A DNA stretch of 64,000 nt, taken from positions 2,790,001 to 2,854,000 of the forward strand of contig CDRNST010000214.1 in NCBI GenBank assembly GCA_977016875.1, in the 5' to 3' direction. Positions 12,501-21,797 of the stretch are shown one piece after another. A program made the translations under genes and the position numbers. Position 1 is the stretch's first letter. Every line of letters starts with the position of its first letter. This stretch comes from Pavona decussata (lineage: Eukaryota). The notes beneath the pieces were generated by a model. The model was not told the origin of the DNA. It saw nothing but the letters and a program-made list of their open reading frames with translations, and ran no database searches.

Positions 12501-15500
12501 AGAAAAGAAGGCCATTGGACGATCTGCCTCTATCAGTAGCTCAGGGCCTTTTGTTGCCACACCTGAATGGGTGAGTCTCGGAATTTCCCTCTTAAAGGGG
12601 CACTGTCACGGAGATTTCTCTGTGTTTTGGTCAAACTGCTCAAATATTTGACAAGGTACCTTTTAGCTAACAACAAATTGCTCTTAGAGTAGCGATAAAA
12701 AAGATGAAGTAATTTCTGCGGGGAATAACAAACTATAATCAGATTGTTGAGCGATTTCTCCAAAATACACTGGAAGAACTTGAAAAAATTGACCAATTTT
12801 TTTCAAGTTTCAATCCATTTCAATCTTGTCCATCCGCGACCATCTGCGACAATTAGCACTAGTTTCTATGCATTAGTAGGGTTATTGTTAACAAATGTGA
12901 ATCATTGTTTTAACAATTCAGTCGATACAAACATGTTTTTTTCGCCATTCAAAATGAGATCACAGTAGGTGACACTGCCCTTTAACATACAAGAAAGACA
13001 CTTGTACATTCATATAAAGGAAAAGTGCCCGGGAGCATCTGACCTCCATGTTCTCTGTTAAAGTTTCTTCTTTTTTGGTGAGTTACAGTGTACTTTTGTT
13101 GTAGTAACTGGGATCCATCTTTCTCATGTGGTGTCTTCCTTATATTTGCAGGTTCAATCTTGGAAACAGAAGCTCCCTCTCCAGACTATAATGAGAATGC
13201 TTCAGGTCCTGGTTCCTCAAGTGGAGAAGATTTGCATTGACAAGTAAGTTAGACTCGGACTGTACATACATGTACCTGATGGAATTTCTGCAAGCGAAAA
13301 ACAACAACAACAACAACAAATAACAAACAAAAAAACAACAACAATATTTCGCATTTCATATCGCGTCAAATGCAGTTAAGAGTACAGATGAGAATCGATT
13401 CTCTACTCTGTTCTGGCAACTTTTGTGCCATTCACCTCTCTAGGGACCGTGTACTTCTTGCGATTTTTGCCATTTTTTCTGGGGATTGAATAACATTCAA
13501 CAAAACTTGCCAAGCCTAAGACTGAATGTGAACGTGGAAGTTGACAACTGCACCTCAATTCGCTACCTCCTTCATTTCGATTTGCCAAGTTGAACTAGCA
13601 GTAATTAGTGACCGTGAACTTCCGAATATAAGCCGTGGGTTTACGCGCCTATTTTCGGGGAGGGCTTTTGTTTTCGGGGGAGGGGGTTTGTTTTCCGGGG
13701 GGGGGGTAGGGTTTTGTTTTTCGCGGGGAGAGGCTTATTATTGTAGGAAATTTTGCGTTTCAAAATTGGTTGGTTGGACAATTAAAACAGCTTGTTGTTT
13801 ACGTCATCAGGGGTTTGACGGATGAGTCGGAGATTATCAAGTTCCTGCAGCATGGTACCTTGGTCGGCCTTCTACCAGTGCCACACCCTATACTCATCAG
13901 AAAGTACCAGGTAAACTAGTGATAATCAAAGATTAGGGAGTGCGTTCGATGTCACCATATTCGATATTCTCTCCGAGTTGGTGATGATGTCATCCGCCCC
14001 TGTAACATCTGCCAGATACGCGTCCCAAGATCCATTCATTCAATCAATATTGTCTTATACAATCTCGACTCCAATCTGTATCAGGAGTGCGTTCTTTCTG
14101 CGTCGAACCCCAATTATATCGTGTTATGTGCATGCCCTGAATTTTTCCATTGTAGTTGATTGCACATCTTAAAATAGTGCCGTTTTCATCCTGTGCACAC
14201 GTTATACCGTTTGTTTTCCGGCAATCAACCTGATGCCGCGAAACGCTGTTTACTCGGAACAGAAATGACAACTTGACAACTTTCTGGCGCAGACGTTCAT
14301 TGGTTATGATGCTACAATTAAATAAACAGAAACAGAAAGAAACTTACTCATTTCCCACGAGCGAGTGGGTAGGCGTGTGTGTCCAGCCCACTGAACGTCT
14401 CCGATGAATGCTGGCGAGTTATGGCAAATCAGAGAGAACCTTCCCTTCAAAAAAAAAAAAAAAAAAAAAAGCAAGTTCGCGCGTTCGCTAGTTGAATGGG
14501 AGATCTGGAACCGAGAAACCCTCGAAAACCAACTGTAGCAATAACAACCGGCAAGTCTGACATCATAGTGGATGACGAACTGCTTATTTGGCAATTTTAG
14601 TGTCGTGCTTTGTTATTGGCGCGACAAATAAAAAAGAATGGAAAGTGAAGCACTTAACCATTATCCTCTGCTCAGAGCTACATACTAGTACAACTCTTTG
14701 CTTTGCGACGATGGTCCAATTTAGTAATGCTTCTTACAAACTCTGTCAAACGTTTTCTTTATTGTAGGCAAACAGTGGCACACAAATGTGGTTCCGGACT
14801 TACATGTGGGGAATCATTTATCTCAGGTATTAAACATTTCCTTTCATTCTCCTCTCAATTGTTCCTCTTATTGCTAAATTAATTCTGTTTTGTGGTTCAT
14901 GAAAACAGGGAAGGTCTTGTAAATTCATCAATCGAGTGGTCAAACTTTTAGCTAGGAAATTGTCAGTAGTAACTTAAAAATGACGTCACAAGAGTATCTG
15001 TCAGTTATCACATCACACACTCTGATGCGGGAATGTTTCTTGTAAAAACTTCAATGTTTAATGGCGTAGTTCTCACGAGTCTCCTGTAGCCCAGTAGTAG
15101 AACATCCAAACTAGGAACCCGAAGGTCATAGGTACGAATCCAGTTGGGAAAACTCGGATTTTCTTTTTCCGAGTATGTCTGTAAATGCATATTCACGACG
15201 CCTAAAACAATGTGATAAAGCTCCTGACGGTAGTCGCACAACGGTAATAGCTTACGGCCTCGGGGATGTCATGAAATTTTCATGGCATTTACCAATTATT
15301 ATCAATTAACGATGACGACAACATATAATCGAGAATTTAGAGCTAGTTGTGACTATTTGTTGTGACCTTCTCATGTCTTGCTGTTCAAAACATGTTAGTA
15401 CGTAAATGATAATTTTTAGATAGGCAGCGAGTAGTCCTGTTGTGGAGAGGATAGTGCCTCCTTTGTTACTGCGCATACGCTCTGCGCATGTTGGAATGGA

Positions 15501-16152
15501 CCGATTCAAATGTATTTTTGCAGGGTTTTGAATATGAGGAGAAGGGCAAAACGTGCATTGATTTCGTGCGTAGGGCGATGTGCTTTGCAGTTCAAAACAA
15601 TACAAGGGTGTCGGGCGCGAAAATCACCTGTCGCTCGGTGGCTTTCTTTCTCGTCAATTCCTCAAACGAAGAATTCCGGCTCGTATTCTTTCTTGAGAGA
15701 AAAGACTACTGCACGTAGTCTTGTATAGATAGTTCAGTTCGGAAGTTACAAATTTGCGCGCTCTTTAGAGCGGTTTCCAATTCAGTGTCGTAAAACCAAA
15801 ACCAAAGTAATTACGCTGACCAATCGTAACAGATGTAAAGAGCACGATGAACCAATCAGAATTCGAAGCAAATACGTGTAACCGGCGACAAGCGCGGGAA
15901 AACGCGTGCGGCCAAAACACGATTGGTTTCGGTTTGGTTTTCCCATTGGTTGAGAAAGTGGCGCGGGTTGCTTTTAACCAATCACAGAACGTAGTAATGC
16001 AAAACCAAAGCAATCGCAAAATTACTTTCGACACTCAATTCAAAACCGCTCTAATGTGCAATTTATGTTTACCTTTTTATCGTTTCAGAAATATTGACCC
16101 TCCGGTCTGGTACGACACGGATGTGAAACTGTTTGAAATCCAGAGAGTGTAG
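563..16152 (+). CDS. HID1: HID1 domain-containing protein (Golgi/dense-core-vesicle biogenesis factor), 5'-partial, 22 coding exons
   Basis: Exons assembled by hand: 563-609, 1196-1317, 1715-1772, 4157-4228, 5024-5168, 5504-5560, 5750-5806, 6481-6564, 6696-6786, 7535-7600, 7923-8008, 9225-9303, 9693-9754, 9848-9950, 10703-10755, 11069-11142, 11684-11778, 12392-12570, 13152-13243, 13811-13910, 14768-14826, 16089-16152 (1845 nt, phases consistent). Peptides match recalled HID1 motifs: DSCEYIWEAGVGFA, ELLKLLLTCFSEAMYLPP, NYLSRIHREEDF, LLLLSGERNFGVRLNKPY, VFHKIITNGHQRLQPLFDCLLTI, KLPLQTIMRMLQVLVPQVEKICIDKGLTDESEI and C-terminal DPPVWYDTDVKLFEIQRV*. Confidence 0.96.
1990..3556. mobile_element. Non-autonomous Tc1/mariner-pogo-like DNA transposon (1,567 bp) in HID1 intron
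   Basis: Perfect 31-bp TIRs cagtaccgctcgaaactatgggaccatttgc (1990-2020 / 3526-3556), TA on both sides, subterminal ccgcgg/accgagg motifs, no transposase ORF. Confidence 0.9.
4706..4995. repeat. Double-hairpin interspersed repeat (MITE-like)
   Basis: Inverted arms atgtatggtccc...gggaccatacat (4706-4801) and tgttatatatttagactttc...gaaagtctaggtatataaca (4811-4995). Confidence 0.6.
6180..6417. mobile_element. MITE with TA target duplication
   Basis: Imperfect TIRs cagctgtttcaaaaaaggttgtccaaaa / ttttggacaacctttgtcttaacacctg flanked by TA. Confidence 0.65.
9074..9195. mobile_element. Inverted-repeat fragment, probably Penelope-like retroelement terminus
   Basis: Perfect 25-bp arms 9104-9128 / 9171-9195; the family assignment is from recalled similarity only. 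Confidence 0.5.
10117..10242. mobile_element. Harbinger/PIF-like MITE
   Basis: TIR gcccagttgttcaaag...ctttgaacaaccagcc; same terminal family as the elements at 47265 and 57762. Confidence 0.65.
11198..11480. mobile_element. Degenerate MITE
   Basis: gggtgcattcctttgg...ccaaaggaacgca inverted ends with internal gatc-rich repeats. Confidence 0.5.
11915..12075 (-). mobile_element. Degenerate tRNA-derived SINE
   Basis: The minus strand reads atggctgagtggtaaggg (A-box-like) and gggttcaagccc (B-box-like), followed by a SINE-like body. Confidence 0.55.
12596..12981. mobile_element. Non-autonomous Kolobok-like DNA transposon (TTAA target)
   Basis: ttaa|aggggcactgtcac ... gtgacactgccct|ttaa: TTAA duplication with AG...CT termini. 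Confidence 0.7.
15077..15240 (+). mobile_element. tRNA-derived SINE
   Basis: tagcccagtagtag (A-box-like) and ggtacgaatcc (B-box-like), then a palindromic actcggattttctttttccgagt; no intact cloverleaf. Confidence 0.55.
15765..16054. mobile_element. MITE in last HID1 intron
   Basis: TIRs ttagagcggtttccaattcagtgtcg / cgacactcaattcaaaaccgctctaa. Confidence 0.75.
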
Positions 16153-16684
16153 TTCGTCAACTACGAACAGAATGGGATACGATGAAAATCTCAACAGTCT
16201 GCAAAATATTATCATTCCTTTGCAAGTTATCAGTGTTATCTTGCGTCAAATAACAGGAATTTATTTTACGTTTCAAACAGTCCAAAATGGATGTATTTGA
16301 AACGCTATACGAGACGTTTCGTTTATGATTCAAGTTATCGCGAAAAGTGTACAAAGGTCCTCAACGGTACACAATACGCGGTATATCCTGACTGTGAGTA
16401 TATAATTACGTATATTTATAAAGTTATATTGCACTGGCACTGCAATGCTTTAATTTGGCAAGTTGTTAATAATCGCTTCATTTAGTGTCATTACGTTGCA
16501 GATGTGCAGTGCATTCGCGATAAAGGCTCCGGACGATGTCTTTATAAACCGCCTTTTCCACGGTGATTAGCTCATTATATTGGCATTGTTGTTTTATCGG
16601 GGTGGAATTGTTTATACAAATTCATTATTGAAGTTTTGTCCTTAACCTGCATTTGGTTCGAAAGTACACCCGAAACCTCCTTGA

Positions 16685-16888
16685 CACTGGTACCAAGCGC
16701 GAGAAGCATGCTGGCAACTGGTACAAAGCGCGGGAAAACTTGCAACCGGTGCTAAGCGCGGGAAAACATGCAACCGGTGCCAAGCGCGGGAAAATATGCA
16801 ACCGGTGCCAAGCGCGGGAAAATATGTAACCGGTGCCAAGCGCGGGAAAATATGTAACCGGTGCCAAGCGCGGGAAAACATGTAACCG
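16685..16888. repeat. 28-bp minisatellite (~7 copies)
   Basis: Unit aaccggtgccaagcgcgggaaaa(t/c)atg(c/t) starts at 16716 (degenerate), 16744, 16772, 16800, 16828, 16856. Confidence 0.92.
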
Positions 16889-18045
16889 ACCGCGTTAATG
16901 GGAAGAAACCAAATTACTGTTGGTTTAGTTTGTTCCTGTTGATTTTAGAATGTTTTACGATTTTACCGACCATGGGGCCCCGATAAGTCTTCAAACGGAA
17001 AGAGAAGAGAAGGTAATCGAGACAGCCATTGTTTATAATTTTCTTTCACGATATTAGGTTAGTTTTTCTAGTATAGCTTTGATTATTTACTTTAGCAGCA
17101 ACTCGTTGGCTGCGTCTACTGTTGCAGTGTTTCGTACTTGGCAAAGTCTTTAATCAAACACGATATATTCTTAAGTACACACTCTGAGACGAGTACTTTT
17201 AAGTATTTTACGTTAACGGATGTTGAAGTACCTTTTTTTTATTCTGGTTTATGACTTTCGTCTTAGAAGTATACCACCGCAATTTTACGTTATCGGATTA
17301 GGACTGTATCTTTAGAAAATATGGATCTTAGCCAACCACAACGGTATTGGCAACGAGAACGTCACAAGAAAACGTTTAAATGGGCAAAAATGACCCTGGA
17401 CGTGCATCATCGTGACTACAGCGTTAAATGAACAAATTCAGGGCTTTACGGAGAGCATGGACATAGAAAGTCCATTCTCTTTGTATCAGTCATTGATCTT
17501 GAAGATAATTCAGACAGGTTAATACATTTAAGACTGAGTGTAAGAGAATTGCCGCTTAAAGCTATATCCTTCAGAGCTTGAACGGGAGTGACTGTCTTTC
17601 TCGTGTAAGGCGAGCCAAAGTGTACATAGTGAATGTTAATTTAAAAAAATATAGATGCGTTTGAGCGATTCGCTCTGTTGCTACACCGTAATAACTTTAA
17701 TTCACTCTTTTAGGGTTGTTAGTTGTATCTAAATTGTGGCCCATTAAGTTATTTAACGAGGAAAGGGGAAACTCTTAAGTGTTTCTTTAGTGAATTATTT
17801 AGAGTAGGTGTAGGGCACAGTCTACGTTAGAGTTTAAACTACCCCTCGATAATTATATTACTAATGATAGTGATGAAGAATAAGCTTGCTGCAATAAACA
17901 GGCAATCAATTCATTTGTCTGCTAGGATTGCGTCTCTCTCCATACCTTTGGACCCTTCCCTACAATTTTTTCTAAACTTTGCAAGACGTTGCGTCTTGAC
18001 ATGCTGATTACAATTTCATGGTAAACGATGGGGGTTACTGAGCTA

Positions 18046-18340
18046 AAATCTTGGACAGAATAAAGAAAGAGATTAACCCCTCCCCTCCCCGCAAAATCAA
18101 TGATGATTTCATGCGCAAGGCAAAACGCGTCATTTTTCCATCGTGAGGGGGAGATGTGGTCTTAATTTTTCATTTCAATTGTCCAAGATTGCAATCTTGA
18201 ACAGAATAAATAAAGAAATTAACCCCCCTCCCCCCAAAATCTGATAAATTCATATGCAAAGCAAAACACGCCATTTTTCCATCATTGAAATGGTGGGGGA
18301 GGGTGGTCTTAATTTTTCATTTAACTTGTCCAAGGTTGTA
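18046..18340. repeat. Two head-to-tail copies of a ~145-bp MITE
   Basis: Each copy is bounded by aatcttg(g/a)aca...tgtccaag(a/g)ttg, with similar internal sequence. Confidence 0.7.
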
Positions 18341-18628
18341 GCTTTTAAGTTAAACTCATCGAAAGCCAAAATTGGGGCTTTTTTAACAGCTTATGTCGTT
18401 TTAAGTCGACGAAATGTCCACAACTTGTTCACAAATGTTTCGCATGTTTTTTTCTACCAAGTATCCACTGATCGATGTATTATCCTGGTCCATGGTAGGA
18501 TCGTTTGCCTGGGTGGCAATACAATGCTTTTCGCTAAAGGGGAGGTGGGGGTGTCAATCTTAGCAACAGATCTAGAGTCGCAGTAAGGGATTGTTGTTGT
18601 TATCTATTTTACGCTTTTTCTGCGACTA

Positions 18629-18772
18629 CAGTGAAACCTCTCGTTACAGACTGTTCACTTGGTCCCTGAGAGACCGAAATCCATATAAAGCCTACTTCTC
18701 TAAAATGAACAACTCTGCAATACGGACACTTCTTCCTGTTCCCTTCTTGTCTGTAATAAAGAGGTTCGACTG
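18629..18772. mobile_element. Tc1/pogo-type MITE
   Basis: ta|cagtgaaacctct...agaggttcgactg|ta. Confidence 0.7.
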
Positions 18773-20864
18773 TAACTCGATGAAATGTAAAATGGGCAAA
18801 CATCTGAATATTGCACCCTACGTAACTAATGCCAGTGCCGAACGTTCATTAGAACGGAAAAGGCTCTAAGACTCGCAAGAAAGAAGGCAAGGGTGTTTTT
18901 CTTTTACTAAAATCGGAGATAGGCCAGCCTTGTTTATAATGTGCCGATGAACTGACATAAGCAGTTACTGTTTACACACACAAACATTATGACTTCATAA
19001 CTTCTATAGTAATGCGAATTTCAAGACAGAGATTCGTAACGGTTTGCATCTGGTATCGGCTCAATATTTAACATTCAAAATTTTACACTTTTTGTTGTTC
19101 TGTTCACCAAAACAACAAAATCTGGCTGTGACTCGAAACTCAAGAAAACCTTTTCAGTAGAGCATACATAGCCAAACAGCTAATCTGTAAAAGTTAGGGT
19201 TTCCAAGGTATGATGGCGAGGAACGTTCCGTAACAACAAAGTGGTAGTTTATTATGATTATCCCCTCTTCATGTTCCAATTTTGCCAGTAAAATGATGGT
19301 CTTACGCAGAGGGGCAGTAGAATGTTCAGAAAAAAGCGTTTTATTTCTCTGAAAAGTTTCAAATATCAGGCAAGAAGCCAAGTAAAAAAGTATATTTATA
19401 CTACTAGCCGCATGCCCAAGTAAAATGCTCAAAACCTGCGGCATAATAAATCCACAAAAGCCTACTGAGCGGAAAGGGATAACATGGAAAAGAGTTAGCA
19501 AATGACACGATATAGATTCGAATCACTGGACTCACCCTCAAGTCGAGCTCAGGTTTTTTCTCTTGGAGAGCGAAAACGACAACCAAACAAAACGCTTGGA
19601 AAGCATGGAACGCGATTGAGCCACGTGGTGATGCCACCTCGCTCCAAAGGCCTCACGAGCGAATGTCGGAGGTCTGGGGCTGGGTGGGATGGCCTACCTC
19701 CCAAATCAGCTGGACGAGTGACGCCCAACAGCTAGGGTCTTTATATATTCATAATGGCAGACGGCGGTGTCTGCCATTTTGAAGATCGCCAAGACCTTGG
19801 GGTCGAGGTTGAGTAACGTCAACAACGACTGCAACGAGGATAGACGAGGCGAGCTCTTCTGATTTTCTGGCGGAAAGTACATCGTGCTAAGCTTTTCCAT
19901 CTCGCTCTTACTGCCTGTTTCTTGACAAGGTAGAACTCCAAACCAGATAAAGCACACATATTTTTATTGGAAAAATTCATCAATTAACACCACACTTAAG
20001 CTTACTTTAATTTTACGTAAAAATGTATCTCATGCAAAGTTCCAATGAACACTAACTCACTGGAATTGTAATATGTGAAAGCGGTATACGTGAATAAGCA
20101 CAATAGACCAAGCGCACACAATCTTGTTAGTATAGAACGAACTGTCTCAAAAACTGTGGCTTTCTATGTGCTTATTGGCTGGATTAGGTCCGTAGGATAT
20201 TGCTGTGGTAAAATGTATAGCCGCCATGTTTTTCCATATGGTGGATTGAATGACACACGGCATGGATTTCTTGTAGTAATTTTAATCTTTAAAAAAAGCT
20301 CTCAAATATGAATGTATGTTGCGCGAATTAGCTTCATACAAATTGCTTTAAGCTTCCTACTTCTTGGTTATATACTTAATATTGTGAGAATTATGAGCGT
20401 TTCTACAAAGTTATGCAAATCTGAGCAGTTTCCTAGCAAACGATAACAGAAATACGTTAATAATCTAAACACATAACTCGCTGCTCTAGTTAGCCGTTCG
20501 TAGACGCAAGCCGTCCAAAAACGAGATAATAATTTAAAGTTTAAAATAGCATGAAGGTTGTAACGAGTTTATTACATAACGGCGACATTCTTTCGTCTTC
20601 CTTTCTATTGATCTACCCAAAATGTTTCATTTTGGTCAAGCTTCCGATTTATTGAATGCGTTTCTAACAGCTGTTTTCAGTAGCTCTTACAAAAAAAGTA
20701 TATATTCAAAAACACTCGCATAAAATATATAGTGTTAGAACACTTCGCGGTAATATAGTCAATTCTAAATAAACTTAACTTAAGAGCACTCATTAAAATC
20801 TCTTTAATTACATGAAAAATTACTTTTAACTCGTTAACTTGTGTCTGCTTTGTTACTTTTGATA

Positions 20865-21797
20865 TTACACCGCGGTTTCTTCATCCTCTTCATCCCGTGC
20901 TACTGCACCCGCAGGGTTTCGTATCAGCGGTTTGCGCGGGAGTGTAGGCGTTGCACCCGGACTCTGTTCGTCTTCTGAATCTGTAACATACACATCCAGC
21001 AACTCCTTGAGAGGCCTCATGGCATGGGCATGGGGATGGTCAGCCTGGTCTCCAGGGATGTACTTGTTGGACCGCTCTCCATTGGTGTCCTCAATATAGA
21101 TGCGCTCTACCTGGGATTTTCTCTTCTTTTTCCGTCGGCAAAACACGATTAATATGAGGAGAAGAAACCAAAGAAACACGAATGATGAAACGCTGATGAC
21201 GATGATTTCTGTTGGAGTTAGATCCTCCTCTTTCGTTTCTTCTGTCTCGGTGGGGCATGTAAAAGCGTCGTAAGTCCCGAACAGCTTACACTCCGAGATG
21301 TTGAGCACTTTATGGCAGTAGAAGCCGAACAAACTTACCGAGAGCTTGTAGTGTGCAATGCTCCCAGAATCGGCCACATCGGCAAGGCAAGACTCGTAGT
21401 AAAACAGAGCTTGAGACACCAGGGCCTTACTGCAATGCTCTTGGAGCACTCCTTCGTAGAACTGTTTATAACACAACGTCAAAGCTAGCTCTTCAAGAGT
21501 CGTGTTTCTAAACGCCAGGCTGTAGTTTGCTAAGGGTGTCATGTGGACACCTGACGGGGCCCATCCTGGGGACTCACCGGAATGGACCAGGAACTGCACA
21601 GTGGTGACATTAACGGATGGGGGGTTCTGAAGGGCACTTGTTGTGTCAACCGGAAGGAGGGTGTAAAAGCGACCCACAGTTGTCAGTCCCATTCCTTCGT
21701 CAAGGGGCACACTTAGCACCAGTCCTTCACGGTAATCATCGAACTTTACGGTCATCGAGGCGTTGAGTTGTTCCAAGTTCTTGGCATACTGCCACAC
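20865..21797 (-). CDS. Giant gene terminal exon: C8-like domain, TM helix, cytoplasmic tail
   Basis: VWQYAK... continues the LDEFK LamG motif of the previous exon; IIVISVSSFVFLWFLLLILIVFC TM followed by RRKKKRK; ends EEDEETAV*. Confidence 0.92.
   Translation of the reverse strand: MWQYAKNLEQLNASMTVKFDDYREGLVLSVPLDEGMGLTTVGRFYTLLPVDTTSALQNPPSVNVTTVQFLVHSGESPGWAPSGVHMTPLANYSLAFRNTTLEELALTLCYKQFYEGVLQEHCSKALVSQALFYYESCLADVADSGSIAHYKLSVSLFGFYCHKVLNISECKLFGTYDAFTCPTETEETKEEDLTPTEIIVISVSSFVFLWFLLLILIVFCRRKKKRKSQVERIYIEDTNGERSNKYIPGDQADHPHAHAMRPLKELLDVYVTDSEDEQSPGATPTLPRKPLIRNPAGAVARDEEDEETAV

Noticed and set aside
15077-15160. tRNA gene
   Set aside because: A/B boxes are degenerate, there is no intact cloverleaf, and a SINE-like body follows.
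16685-16888. CRISPR-like 28-bp repeats
   Set aside because: Repeats are head-to-tail with no unique spacers, there are no cas genes, and the context is eukaryotic: this is a minisatellite. ORFs 16625-16881 merely read through it.
19193-19201. AACCCTAAC on the minus strand, a possible telomerase RNA template
   Set aside because: A 9-mer is expected about 0.5 times by chance in this window; I could not find a convincing pseudoknot, CR4/5 or H/ACA domain downstream.
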